Shown here piece by piece: positions 49,847 through 59,921 of a stretch of DNA of 64,000 nt; within the stretch, counting starts at the first letter, position 1, and every line of letters begins with the position of its first letter. The notes under the pieces are model-generated. The model saw nothing but the letters and a program-made list of their open reading frames with translations. It had not been told where the DNA came from and searched no databases. This stretch comes from an uncultured candidate division Zixibacteria bacterium (lineage in GTDB: Bacteria > Zixibacteria > MSB-5A5 > UBA10806 > 4484-95), in the NCBI GenBank assembly GCA_963668625.2, contig CAXXKA010000008.1:1334154-1398153 (forward strand). Direction: 5' to 3'. The position numbers and the translations under genes are program-made.

Positions 49847-50467
49847 TTGCCCGAAATAAGATCATATATTTTCTTGGATAGTATCCAGCCACAATATGCC
49901 GCTTTTTTAGGGACTATCGCACAGGGGTTTTTGCCTGTAGCCGGGATGGCATCGCTTTATGTGGAAATCTCACCGGGTATTGAAATAAACAGGATTACTG
50001 ATATCGCGCTGAAATCGACGAATGTCACACCGGGTATGCAGATAGTTGAAAGACTTTACGGATTACTCGAAATCCATTCGGAATCGCAGGCTGATGTCAG
50101 ACAAGCCGGCCAGTCGATACTTGATGCTCTCGGCTTGAAAGAGGAAGACCGTTGGAAACCCAGGATACTATCGAGCCAGGTTATACGAAGGTTAGATGAT
50201 CATCAGACGCAATTGATTAACAGAATGCGCCATGGCAATATGATTATCGCCGGTCAGACCATGTATGTCATGGAGGTAGAGCCGGCGGCGTATGCGGCAT
50301 TGGCCGCGAATGAGGCCGAAAAAGCTGCCGATATTAATATTCTTGAGGTACGAGCTTTCGGATCGTTCGGAAGGGTGTATCTCGGTGGTGAGGAACGCGA
50401 TATAGAAGTCGGCTACCAGGCCGCTGTTCAAGCTATCGAGGGCATTTCCGGAAGAAGCAGAAAGTAA
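49847..50467 (+). CDS. BMC-T shell protein, permuted double-stacking (CcmP/CsoS1D-like)
   Basis: [37 protein letters not shown] and [16 protein letters not shown] before TTG 49847. Confidence 0.9.
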   Translation: MPEIRSYIFLDSIQPQYAAFLGTIAQGFLPVAGMASLYVEISPGIEINRITDIALKSTNVTPGMQIVERLYGLLEIHSESQADVRQAGQSILDALGLKEEDRWKPRILSSQVIRRLDDHQTQLINRMRHGNMIIAGQTMYVMEVEPAAYAALAANEAEKAADINILEVRAFGSFGRVYLGGEERDIEVGYQAAVQAIEGISGRSRK

Positions 50468-50571
50468 TGGGTCGGTGAATTCGAAAGGATTTAATTCAGG
50501 TTCGTGATTTTTAATTACAACCAAATAACCGGAATACAAATTATTCAAAATAATTAATGGAGGTCACTCCT

Positions 50572-50892
50572 ATGGCAGATGCATTAGGAATGATAGAATG
50601 TCGGAGTTTCCCGGCAATGGTAGAGGCGGCCGATGCGATGGTCAAAGCGGCCAAAGTTGAATTGGTCAGTTACGAAAAAACCGGTGGCGGCTATGTAACG
50701 GCGGTTATTCGGGGTGATGTTGCTGCGGTAAAAGCTGCTTGTGATGCCGGTCATGCGGGAGCATCGAGAGTAGGCGAGGTTGTTACCGTACATATCATTG
50801 CCCGCCCGCACTCAAATGTCGATATGGTTATTCCACTTGGCAGAGCCGAGGAATACGAGGAAGAGGAACAACCGAAAGCGGGTAAGAAGTAA
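50572..50892 (+). CDS. BMC-H hexameric shell protein
   Basis: ALGMIE, VEAADAMVKAAKV, GGGYVT, RGDVAAVKAA and HIIARPH, with an acidic C-terminal tail. Confidence 0.95.
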   Translation: MADALGMIECRSFPAMVEAADAMVKAAKVELVSYEKTGGGYVTAVIRGDVAAVKAACDAGHAGASRVGEVVTVHIIARPHSNVDMVIPLGRAEEYEEEEQPKAGKK

Positions 50893-50993
50893 TACCGCAC
50901 GAGTGAAGAATTCGATTATACCCGCGGTATGAAACCGGGAATCCGGTAATTCGTATCACCGGTAATCTATTGGTTTAAAACGAAAGAAATTCG

Positions 50994-51311
50994 ATGTTAC
51001 TGGCAAAGGTACTGGGGACAGTTGTTTCTACACAAAAAGAGCAAAGCCTCGAAGGATTGAAATTATTACTATTGCGCCAGATAGATATTGACGGTAAAGC
51101 CAACGGTGGAATTGTTGTCGCTGCAGACGCTGTTGGCGCCGGCGTTGGTGAAATAGTATTATATGCGACCGGCTCATCGGCCAGACAGACTACAGTTACC
51201 GAGAACCGCCCATGTGATGCCGTTATTATGGCTATAGTAGATAACTGGGAAGTTGGAGGCGAGACCAAATATCGCAAAAACACCTCCGAACCGGACGTAG
51301 CCGAAATTTAA
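50994..51311 (+). CDS. eutN: BMC-P pentameric vertex protein (EutN/CcmL)
   Basis: [29 protein letters not shown] and DAVIMAIVD. Confidence 0.95.
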   Translation: MLLAKVLGTVVSTQKEQSLEGLKLLLLRQIDIDGKANGGIVVAADAVGAGVGEIVLYATGSSARQTTVTENRPCDAVIMAIVDNWEVGGETKYRKNTSEPDVAEI

Positions 51312-51353
51312 TTCGGCATTGCTTTATAACCATCAATATATGATTGGCGCTAT

Positions 51354-52793
51354 ATGGCAAATCTTAGTGATAAACAGATAGACTCGATTGCTCGCAGAAT
51401 CATTCAGTATATGCCCAAATCCAATGATCAAATGTCTAAAACGGCAAATGATCGGCTATCGGCATTAAACGAAGGCATATTTTCCGATATCGATTCGGCG
51501 GTCAACGCGGCAAAGGTAGCTCAGCAAGAGCTAAGCCGGATGACACTGGCCAAGCGTAATGAGATCATAGCTGCAATCCGAAAATCCATGCTCGAGAATT
51601 CGGAGAAGTTGGCAGAGATGGCTCATTCGGAAACAGGGCTGGGACGAGTTGAAAACAAGATATTGAAAAATCGTCTGGTTGCCGAAAAAACTCCCGGCAC
51701 AGAGGATTTATATCCTGTGGCCAGATCCGGTGATGGAGGACTCTCGTTATTCGAGTTGGCCCCTTATGGAGTTATCGGGGCGATTACACCGATCACCAAT
51801 CCCACCTCGACGATCATATGCAATACGATCGGTATGCTGGCAGCCGGTAATAGTGTAGTGTTTAATGTTCACCCCGGCGCCAGGGATGTTTCCATATTCA
51901 ATATAACGCTTTTAAATAAAGCGATAATCTCCGCAGGCGGGCCATCGAACCTGGTGACTGCCGTGATCGAACCGACGATAAAATCAGCCCAGGAGCTAAT
52001 GAAACATCCCGGCATAAGGCTTCTGGTCGTTACCGGTGGCGAGGGTGTGGTCGAGACCGCGATGCAAAGCGGCAAACGGGCGATATGCGCCGGCCCGGGA
52101 AATCCTCCGGTCGTAGTGGATGAAACCGCTGATATAGATAAAGCAGCTAAAGATATAGTCAACGGAGCATCGCTGGATAACAATATAATTTGTGTCGATG
52201 AAAAAACAATATTCGTACAGGAATCCGTTGCCATACAACTGATGCAGGCATTGGTAAAGAGTAATGCCATAATTCTTAATTCATCACAAGCGGCGCGAAT
52301 CGAACGTATGATTTTCGAAAAAACTTACGGCCCGGGAAAGCCGGCAGTCGTCAATAAATCACTGATCGGTAAAAATGCCTCATCTATCCTGTCGAAAATC
52401 GGCGTCAATGTTGATGACAAAATCAAGCTGGTGGTGATGGCGGTCGATAAAAATCATCCGCTCGTGATCACGGAACAGATGATGCCGGTAATGCCGCTCG
52501 TCAGAGTCGAATCGGCGGATGAAGGGATCGATCTGGCAAAATGGAGCGAACGCGGATTCCGTCATACAGCCTCGATGCATTCCAAAAACATCACGAATCT
52601 TTCACGGATGGCCAGAGAAATGGACTGTTCCATATTCGTGAAAAACGGCCCCAATTACGCTGGGCTGGGTTATGGTGGAGAGGGGCATTGCTCCTTTTCG
52701 ATTGCCTCCCCTACTGGAGAGGGTCTGACACGACCGAGTTCGTTCTCCAGGGAACGAAGGTGCGTATTAGTCGACCATTTCAGGATCGTATAG
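51354..52793 (+). CDS. eutE: BMC-associated acylating aldehyde dehydrogenase (EutE/PduP family)
   Basis: TPGTEDL, PYGVIGAITPITNP, VTGG, AGPGNPPVVVDETAD, catalytic Cys in NNIICVDEK, EQMMP and PTGEG. N-terminal encapsulation-peptide-like helix. Confidence 0.92.
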   Translation: MANLSDKQIDSIARRIIQYMPKSNDQMSKTANDRLSALNEGIFSDIDSAVNAAKVAQQELSRMTLAKRNEIIAAIRKSMLENSEKLAEMAHSETGLGRVENKILKNRLVAEKTPGTEDLYPVARSGDGGLSLFELAPYGVIGAITPITNPTSTIICNTIGMLAAGNSVVFNVHPGARDVSIFNITLLNKAIISAGGPSNLVTAVIEPTIKSAQELMKHPGIRLLVVTGGEGVVETAMQSGKRAICAGPGNPPVVVDETADIDKAAKDIVNGASLDNNIICVDEKTIFVQESVAIQLMQALVKSNAIILNSSQAARIERMIFEKTYGPGKPAVVNKSLIGKNASSILSKIGVNVDDKIKLVVMAVDKNHPLVITEQMMPVMPLVRVESADEGIDLAKWSERGFRHTASMHSKNITNLSRMAREMDCSIFVKNGPNYAGLGYGGEGHCSFSIASPTGEGLTRPSSFSRERRCVLVDHFRIV

Positions 52794-52796
52794 AGT

Positions 52797-53366
52797 ATGC
52801 AACTAATGAAAAATAAGGATGCTAATAACAACGATGGTCGCTACCCGGCCATCGCTTTAATCGAGTTCAGCAGTATCGCCGCGGGTATCACTGCCGGTGA
52901 TGCTATGATAAAAAAAGCCCCCCTGGCAATGCTCAAAACAGGTACCGTTCATCCTGGTAAATACCTTGTGATGATCGGTGGCGAAGTGGCGGCGGTAGAG
53001 GAATCATATAACGAGGGTTTGAATATCCGGCCCGATACGGTTATCGATAAAGTAATCCTGCCTGATATTCATATCCAGGTTCATGAGGCTATTTTCGGCC
53101 GGAAGAATACACCTGTGGTTGATGCCCTGGCGGTATTGGAAACCTCAACTGTAGCGTCTAATATTGATGCTGCTGATGCGGCGGTAAAAGGCGCTGATGT
53201 CACTATCATGGAAATTCGTTTGGCCGATGATCTGGGTGGGAAATCTTTCACTATTTTCGGCGGTAAAGTTGAGAATGTTCAAGCTGCGATCGAAATCGGC
53301 GGCGAGAGAATCAAAGATAAAGATATTAGTATACATACTACCATAATACCTACGCTTGTTCTATAG
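52797..53366 (+). CDS. BMC-T shell protein (PduT-like), C-terminus probably cut at the junction
   Basis: Two BMC domains (ALIEFSSIAAGITAGDAMIK; AVLETSTVASNIDAADAAVK...IRLADDLGGK). Ends abruptly at IIPTLVL without the final helix. Confidence 0.85.
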   Translation: MQLMKNKDANNNDGRYPAIALIEFSSIAAGITAGDAMIKKAPLAMLKTGTVHPGKYLVMIGGEVAAVEESYNEGLNIRPDTVIDKVILPDIHIQVHEAIFGRKNTPVVDALAVLETSTVASNIDAADAAVKGADVTIMEIRLADDLGGKSFTIFGGKVENVQAAIEIGGERIKDKDISIHTTIIPTLVL

Positions 53367-53375
53367 AAAGGAGGT

Positions 53376-54113
53376 ATGTCTCAACTTCGGGTCATTCTCT
53401 TACTGCTATCCTCTCTGTCTGTTTTCGCTGTCACCATTGACGCGGAGGCCATGACCATCTCTTATTTTGAACGTCCCCCTTATTATTACACAGCCAAGAA
53501 CGGGCAGCCTGAAGGATTTCTGCTGAATAAAGTTGTGGAAATCATGGAGCAGGCGGGGATAGAGGCACGTTTTTTTAGTCTGACCCCTAATCAGATTCTG
53601 TATGTGGTCCGTCATGCGGTGAGCCAGCATTGTTCCATAGGCTGGTTTAAAAATTCACAACGAGAAGAATTTGCCAAATTTTCCAGGGCAATCTACCAGG
53701 ATAAACCGGTTGTGTTACTCATCAGGAAATCCGGCCTGGCCAGGATCGGTAAGGAGCATACCCTGGCGGCTATTTTTACTAACAACAGTCTTCTTTTCAC
53801 AAGAAATATTCACTATTCCTACGGTGAGTATATCGATGGCCTGCTGGCTGAAAAAGAGCCGAATTCCTCGCTCACGGTGAAAGGGCAAGCCGGCCTCATA
53901 CAAGCGGTCGCTGCGGATGACAGAAAATATATTCTGGTGCCGCCAGAAGAAGCAACGAGCTTAATCAGGAGAGCTGGCTATCAACAAGAGGATTTTGCCT
54001 TGGTCTCACTTGCAGATATCCCGGTGGGGAATAATCGTTATCTGATGTGCAGTCAGAGCGTCAGTGATGAACTGCTGGAACGGATTGATCGGGCTATTGA
54101 GCGAACCCGGTAA
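53376..54113 (+). CDS. Extracellular solute-binding protein, family 3-like
   Basis: Signal peptide, YFERPPYY, GWFKNSQREEFAKFS and YSYG. AAGGAGG RBS. Confidence 0.8.
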   Translation: MSQLRVILLLLSSLSVFAVTIDAEAMTISYFERPPYYYTAKNGQPEGFLLNKVVEIMEQAGIEARFFSLTPNQILYVVRHAVSQHCSIGWFKNSQREEFAKFSRAIYQDKPVVLLIRKSGLARIGKEHTLAAIFTNNSLLFTRNIHYSYGEYIDGLLAEKEPNSSLTVKGQAGLIQAVAADDRKYILVPPEEATSLIRRAGYQQEDFALVSLADIPVGNNRYLMCSQSVSDELLERIDRAIERTR

Positions 54114-54117
54114 TGAC

Positions 54118-54165
54118 ATCCCAAAAAAAAGGGAGGCATTCTGAGTTGCCTCCCTTTTTGGATAT
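54118..54165. terminator. Bidirectional terminator
   Basis: AAAAAAAA-GGGAGGCA...TGCCTCCC-TTTTT between convergent genes. Confidence 0.8.
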
Positions 54166-54183
54166 TCAAGTGATCTTTGCGAC

Positions 54184-54771
54184 TTATTTTGCTTCCAGCT
54201 TATTCATTCCCGCCAGCAGCAGCCCCAGGGTGATAAAGGCGCCCGGTGGCAGAATCATCAGCAGCATCGGCTGGTAACCGGCGCCGAACACACTGAAGCC
54301 GAGAATCGCGCCGGAACCGAACAGTTCACGCACCGCGCCGAGGATAAAGAGACCGAGGGTAAAGCCTAGTCCCATACCCAGGCCGTCAAAAATTGAACGT
54401 CCGACCGGATTTTTGGAGGCGAAAGCCTCGGCTCGGCCAAGGATCAGACAGTTGACCACGATCAGAGGGATGAAGATACCAAGAGCCTGATAGAGATCAT
54501 AGACCCAGGCTTCCATGGACAGCTGAACCACGGTCACAAAAGATGCAATCAGGATAATAAAAGCCGGAATCCGTACTTTCGAGGGGATTAATTTGCGTAG
54601 TGAGGCGACCGCAACGTTGGAACAGACCAGAACAAAAGTCGTTGCCAGTCCCATCCCCAAGGCGTTTTCTGCGCTGGTCGTGACGGCGAGAGTCGGACAC
54701 ATTCCCAGCAGCAGCTTAAAGACGGCGTTTTCTTTCCAGATCCCTGTGGTGAAGTCTTTCATCAGGCTCAT
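54184..54771 (-). CDS. rnfE: Rnf complex subunit E
   Basis: LGMCPTLAVT, RIPAFI, FIPLIVVNC, GRAEAFA and LPPGAF. Confidence 0.95.
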   Translation of the reverse strand: MSLMKDFTTGIWKENAVFKLLLGMCPTLAVTTSAENALGMGLATTFVLVCSNVAVASLRKLIPSKVRIPAFIILIASFVTVVQLSMEAWVYDLYQALGIFIPLIVVNCLILGRAEAFASKNPVGRSIFDGLGMGLGFTLGLFILGAVRELFGSGAILGFSVFGAGYQPMLLMILPPGAFITLGLLLAGMNKLEAK

Positions 54772-55370
54772 TTGGAGACTCCCTGTGTAACGATATCCTG
54801 CTTATGCTGGTGATAGAATTCGAGTCCTGCCTTGACCGCTTTGACGATTGCCCGCGGCGAGATAGTCGCGCCGGTGATCTGATCGAAATCACCGCCATCT
54901 TTCTTCACACGCCAGTCGGCGTTGGTCAGGCTTTTGTTTTTAAAATGGTCCTTGAAGGCAGGTTCGGTAATGCGGGCACCCAAGCCAGGAGTTTCGGCAT
55001 GGGCCAGAATCGCAATGGCATTAACGGATTCGTCCGGTTTGACCCCGACCATGACTTCGATGTTACCGCTGTAGCCTTCCGGGGCAATGACCTTGAAGGC
55101 GGTCCCGACCAGATTGCTGTCTTTGCGAGCTCGGTAAAAGATGATGTTGACCGGATTGCCCTTTTTGTCCACTCCGTTCTGCAAGGTGACAGTATCGGTA
55201 TCCGGGCTGTTGTCAAATTCCGGGAGGACGGCACTCAACGCTTTGAGCATCTGAATACGGCGTTGTTCTTTGATCGGCTCGCGGGTGACCCCTTCGACCA
55301 ACGACAGAACGAGACCGGCGCAGGCGGCAATCAGGGTCAGGGCGATGAGCAGGCGGCTGATTTCTTTCAT
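54768..55370 (-). CDS. rnfG: Rnf complex subunit G
   Basis: N-terminal TM, GYSGNI, HAETPGLG and FMN site DQITGATISPRA. Confidence 0.93.
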   Translation of the reverse strand: MKEISRLLIALTLIAACAGLVLSLVEGVTREPIKEQRRIQMLKALSAVLPEFDNSPDTDTVTLQNGVDKKGNPVNIIFYRARKDSNLVGTAFKVIAPEGYSGNIEVMVGVKPDESVNAIAILAHAETPGLGARITEPAFKDHFKNKSLTNADWRVKKDGGDFDQITGATISPRAIVKAVKAGLEFYHQHKQDIVTQGVSK

Positions 55371-55386
55371 GATAATTCTCCTCCGC

Positions 55387-56376
55387 CTAGGCTTTCGCTG
55401 CAACCTGCCCGTAGATCTTCGGGCGGGTATAGCGGTCAATAAGTGGGGTTGCGGCGTTCATCAGCAGGATGGCGAAGGAGACCCCTTCAGGATAACCGCC
55501 GAACAGGCGGATGAGGACGGTGAGCAGGCCACAACCGAAGCCGAAGATCAACATTCCGCGCTGGGTGACCGGCGAGGTGACCATGTCCGTGGCCATGAAA
55601 AAGGCCCCGAGAATCAGGCCCCCGGTGACCAGATGGAACAGCGGATTCGGGTATTTGCTCGGATCGACCAACCAGAAGATGCCACTGAGGACGATAACCG
55701 TGCCCAGGAAACTGACCGGGGTATGCCAGCTGATGACTTTTTTGAAGATCAGGAACAGCCCGCCGAGGAGCAGGGCCAGGGCCGAGACTTCGCCAAGGCA
55801 GCCCCCCATGTTGCCGAGGAAGTAATGGCCGAAACCGCTGGTGGCGAGATCGGGCAGGTGACCGGTCAGCATGACCGCAGTCTTCATTTCCCCCAGCGGG
55901 GTGGCCGTGGTGATGGCATCGATTCCCGAGCCGAGCGGCGCCGGAGCAGTCCAGGTGGTCATTTGCACCGGAAATGAGATCAACAGCACGACCCGGGCGA
56001 CCAATGCCGGATTAAACGGATTGTAGCCGAGGCCGCCATAGATCTGCTTGCCGATGAGAATAGCGATAGCCGAGCCGAGCAGGGCCATCCACCAGGGACT
56101 CGATGGCGGCAGGTTGAGGGCCAGCAGAATGCCGGTTAACGCTGCGGAACCGTCGGCGATGCTGAGCGGTTGCTTCATCAACTTGCAACCGAGCGCTTCG
56201 AAAGCGACACAGCCGAGGGTACAGATCAGCAGCACGCTCAAAGCCGGAAGACCAAAAAAATAGATCGACACGGCGGTTGCCGGCAGCAGTGCGTAAATCA
56301 CCAGACGCATGATCTTGTCTGACGTCTGCGGACTGTGAATATGCGGTGAAGATGAGAGATAGAGCTGATTTTCCAC
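55387..56376 (-). CDS. rnfD: Rnf complex subunit D
   Basis: GTG start just after the rnfC stop. SSPH, KQIYGGLGYNPFNPA, FMN site TTATPL, FMATDMVTSP and GYPEGVSFA. Confidence 0.93.
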   Translation of the reverse strand: MENQLYLSSSPHIHSPQTSDKIMRLVIYALLPATAVSIYFFGLPALSVLLICTLGCVAFEALGCKLMKQPLSIADGSAALTGILLALNLPPSSPWWMALLGSAIAILIGKQIYGGLGYNPFNPALVARVVLLISFPVQMTTWTAPAPLGSGIDAITTATPLGEMKTAVMLTGHLPDLATSGFGHYFLGNMGGCLGEVSALALLLGGLFLIFKKVISWHTPVSFLGTVIVLSGIFWLVDPSKYPNPLFHLVTGGLILGAFFMATDMVTSPVTQRGMLIFGFGCGLLTVLIRLFGGYPEGVSFAILLMNAATPLIDRYTRPKIYGQVAAKA

Positions 56377-56377
56377 G

Positions 56378-57694
56378 TCAGGATTTCCTTCTCTTGGCCA
56401 TGATGCCACCCTTGATGTGGCGAATCGACTGGACCAGCGGTAATGATGCCGGACAGATGTACGTACAGCAGCCGCATTCGATGCAGTCCAGAGCGTTATA
56501 GTTTTCAGCCTCGTCGACCAGATCGAGGCGGGCATAGGTTGCGATGGTGGTGGGCTGCAGATGGATCGGGCAGACCGTGATACAGCGTCCGCAACGCAGA
56601 CAGGGACCGGCCGGCTTGGTGGAGATCTGCTCCTTGCCGAAAATCAGCAGCCCGGAGGTTCCCCTGATCGCTGGAGCCTCAAGGGACAACTGGGTCTGCC
56701 CCATCATCGGTCCACCCATAATGATTTTACCGGGTTCACCGTTGAGCCCGCCGCAATACTCGACCAGATGAGAGAGCGGGGTGCCGATGGCTATCTTGAG
56801 GTTTTTTGGTTCCTTGATGCCCGGTCCGGTGACTGTGGCGATGCGCTCCACCAAGGGATGACCGAGCCGGATTGCGTCGCTTATGGCTGCGGCGGTGCCG
56901 ACATTCTGGACAACCACGCCACAATCCATGGGCAAACCGCCGGAGGGAACCTGGCGGCCGGTAATGGCATCAATCAGCTGCTTCTCAGCACCCTGAGGAT
57001 ACTTGACCTCAAGGGCCTGTACTTCAATGCCGTGAGGGGCGCAATCCTGGGTCAGCTTGGCGATGGCATCGGGCTTATTGGCCTCGATCCCGATCACTGC
57101 CTTGCTGATACCGAGAACTTTAAGCAGGATCTTGACCCCGTCGATGATCCGCTCACTCTCTTCGAGCATGAGCCGGTGATCGGCGGTCAGGAATGGTTCG
57201 CACTCAACCCCGTTGAGGATTAGGGTGTCGATGGGCTTGTCCGCCGGCGGCGAGAGTTTGACGTGGGCCGGAAAGGTAGCCCCGCCCAGGCCGACAATGC
57301 CGGCGGCGCAGAGCATTTTCTTGAGGCTGTCCGCATCAAGCTGGTCGGGATCGCTGCCGCTTAAGGATTCATCCCATTCGTCTTTGCCGTCGGCTTTGAT
57401 GACCACGGCGGGAAGCAGCCGTCCGCTCGGGTGCAGGCGTGGCTCAACAGCGATGACTTCGCCGGAAGTGGAGGCGTGCACGGGGACCGATACGAAGCCC
57501 TTCGGATTAGCGATAACCGTGCCCTTTTTGACCTGATCGCCGACAGCTACACAAATCTCGGCGGGAGCACCGATATGCTGGGCCGCAGGGATAACCAGCT
57601 CTTCGGGCAGAGGGCAGTTTTCGATCGCTTTATGGGCTGAATATTGTTTACTGTCCGGCGGATGGAGCCCGCCGGCAAACGTTCTGAGTTCCAT
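56378..57694 (-). CDS. rnfC: Rnf complex subunit C
   Basis: QHIGAPA, GIVGLGGATFP, NGVECEPFLTAD, KYPQGAEKQLI, GGPMMG and two CxxCxxCxxxCP motifs. Confidence 0.95.
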   Translation of the reverse strand: MELRTFAGGLHPPDSKQYSAHKAIENCPLPEELVIPAAQHIGAPAEICVAVGDQVKKGTVIANPKGFVSVPVHASTSGEVIAVEPRLHPSGRLLPAVVIKADGKDEWDESLSGSDPDQLDADSLKKMLCAAGIVGLGGATFPAHVKLSPPADKPIDTLILNGVECEPFLTADHRLMLEESERIIDGVKILLKVLGISKAVIGIEANKPDAIAKLTQDCAPHGIEVQALEVKYPQGAEKQLIDAITGRQVPSGGLPMDCGVVVQNVGTAAAISDAIRLGHPLVERIATVTGPGIKEPKNLKIAIGTPLSHLVEYCGGLNGEPGKIIMGGPMMGQTQLSLEAPAIRGTSGLLIFGKEQISTKPAGPCLRCGRCITVCPIHLQPTTIATYARLDLVDEAENYNALDCIECGCCTYICPASLPLVQSIRHIKGGIMAKRRKS

Positions 57695-57711
57695 AGCTGT
57701 TTTAATCCTTT

Positions 57712-58560
57712 TTATGCTGCCGTTTCCTGTTCTGCCGGGGGATGAGGGGCTTTGAAAGTGCTGCCTTCGGGGTAGCCGGTATTGAAATCACGGATACATT
57801 TGGTCGGGCACTTCACGACCGCAGTCTCGGCACCTTCATCATGCTCGTAATCGACCGTGGCCAGGAAGTTATCAATGCTATAGGCGTCCGGGACAGTCTT
57901 TTTGCAGATACTGCAGCCGATACAGCCGACCTGGCAGTATTTGCGAATAGCCGCACCTTTGTCATGGCTGTTGCACAAAACATGGGTCGTCGAGGTTTTT
58001 GGAGTCATCGAAATAACGCCGCGCGGGCAGACCGCAACGCACTTTTCGCAGCCGGTACACTTGTCGCGATTGATGACGGCAAGCCCTTCAGCGGTCATTT
58101 CGATCGCATCAAAAGGGCAGGCTTTGGCACAGCTGCCGAGACCGAGGCAGCCGGAGGGACAGGTTTTTGGTCCATCGGCGAGCTTTTGCGCGGCATTGCA
58201 GTCTTCCATGCCGAGATATTTATATTTGCTGGCGGCTTTGGAGTTATCGCCCTGGCATTTGACCACCGCGACCTGGGGTGTGGTGGTAACCGCTTCAATA
58301 CCGAGAATCTCGGCAATGGCCGAGACCGTACCGGCTCCCCCCGGGGTGCAGAGGTTGGGAGCCAGGCGTCCATCGGCCACCCCTTTGGCATAGCCGGAGC
58401 AGCCCGGTTCACCGCAGGCGCCGCAGTTGGCACCAGGCAGAGACTCCAGAATGGCCGCTTCGCGCGGATCGACTTCAACGGCGAACTTTTTGGATGCCAG
58501 ACCGAGGGTTGCCGAGGCAACCAGGCCGATTCCACCTAAACATAATATTGCTGTGAGCAT
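57712..58560 (-). CDS. rnfB: Rnf complex subunit B
   Basis: N-terminal TM, LPGANCGACGEPGC and multiple ferredoxin Cys motifs. Confidence 0.93.
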   Translation of the reverse strand: MLTAILCLGGIGLVASATLGLASKKFAVEVDPREAAILESLPGANCGACGEPGCSGYAKGVADGRLAPNLCTPGGAGTVSAIAEILGIEAVTTTPQVAVVKCQGDNSKAASKYKYLGMEDCNAAQKLADGPKTCPSGCLGLGSCAKACPFDAIEMTAEGLAVINRDKCTGCEKCVAVCPRGVISMTPKTSTTHVLCNSHDKGAAIRKYCQVGCIGCSICKKTVPDAYSIDNFLATVDYEHDEGAETAVVKCPTKCIRDFNTGYPEGSTFKAPHPPAEQETAA

Positions 58561-58638
58561 GAAATCCTCTCAAACAGACATCAGCCCGTTGCAAAATTGT
58601 TAGCGCAAGGGCTGAACAGAGATTAAACGATTGCTGAA

Positions 58639-59220
58639 TTACCCCTTGACGAGGCCGGCGAAACCCATAAACGCCAGGGACAACAGCCCCGCAGTGACCA
58701 ACGCAATGGCGGTACCGCGGAAACTCTTGGGAACCGGACACAGATCAATCCGTTCACGCAGCCCGGCGAACAAGACCATCGCCAGGGTGAAGCCGACTCC
58801 GGCTCCGATTGCAAAGACCAGTGATTCGATGAAATTGTAAGATTTTTGAATATTCAGTACGGCAACCCCGAGGACAGCACAGTTAGTGGTGATCAGGGGC
58901 AGGAAAATACCGAGGGATTGGTAGAGGACCGGGCTGGTTTTCTGGATCACCATTTCCACCAACTGGACCAGTGAGGCGATAACCAGAATGAAAGCGATGG
59001 TCTGTAGGTACTCAATGCCGAACGGGATCAGGATAAAGTACTGAATCAGCCAGGTTACGACAGAGGCCACCGTCATGACAAAGATAACGGCCATGCCCAT
59101 ACCGATAGCTGTTTCGACTTTTTTCGAAACGCCCAGAAACGGGCAAATTCCCAAGAAGCGCGCCAGAACGAAGTTGTTAACAAAAACGGCGCTAATCAGA
59201 ATGAGTAGCAAAGAAACCAT
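58639..59220 (-). CDS. rnfA: Rnf complex subunit A
   Basis: [28 protein letters not shown] and LAFMGF. Confidence 0.95.
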   Translation of the reverse strand: MVSLLLILISAVFVNNFVLARFLGICPFLGVSKKVETAIGMGMAVIFVMTVASVVTWLIQYFILIPFGIEYLQTIAFILVIASLVQLVEMVIQKTSPVLYQSLGIFLPLITTNCAVLGVAVLNIQKSYNFIESLVFAIGAGVGFTLAMVLFAGLRERIDLCPVPKSFRGTAIALVTAGLLSLAFMGFAGLVKG

Positions 59221-59921
59221 GTTCAAAATGCTCCAGTCGATTAGATATAGAATGGTAAGACCAAGAATTTTTAACGGAGGGCCATTTTTTTGTCAAACTA
59301 TTTTCTCTTTGAAGAGCTTTGAAATCACGTTATAAAATCATCTCTAGCTGGTTGTTGTCCTATCCACTGCGATTTGTCCGGCGATCTCTTAGCAAGCATT
59401 TGAGCAGGCTGGTTTTATCTGGATAGGTTGTATTTAAAGACTTGTAAATACAGAGAAAATAGAATAGATGTTCGGCGGCGGAGAGGGCTGCTGAGGAGAT
59501 GTCGGGCAAGAAGGTAAAATCCCGTATTTACCAGCCGGTTTTATTCCCAAATATGGGTATAGAATATTAATTTATTCCTGATCGGATAAAAACCGTATCC
59601 TGCTCAAAATAGCCGGGGCGGTGCTGCCGATCAGGATAACTCATTGGATTTGTGAGAAAAGAAAATCCTTTTCTGACCTTGTCGCTGGGAGATTGGCGAC
59701 GACCGGTGAGGGCTTGGACGAGGGTCTGAAATCTGTTATCGTGCCCGCGACCGGGACAAGGAGATATTCCTGTTTGTACAAAATTATTAAGCAGGAATCA
59801 GCGCCTTGACTTGGCTCGTCCAGCCTTGGGCTGAGCCGACTGTTCTACAAATCGTTGGCGGATCTTTTTTGTCGGCCAACTTGGCCTGTAACGTCCAGAT
59901 CCAGATTCTTCGGGAAGTACC

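Noticed and set aside
55371-56535. Long overlapping N-termini given for rnfG (55439) and rnfD (56535)
   Set aside because: These extensions overlap the upstream genes; homology begins at 55370 and 56376 respectively.
52797-59220. A BMC-Rnf functional supercluster
   Set aside because: Tempting, but the two loci lie on opposite sides of a probable assembly junction near 53,350.
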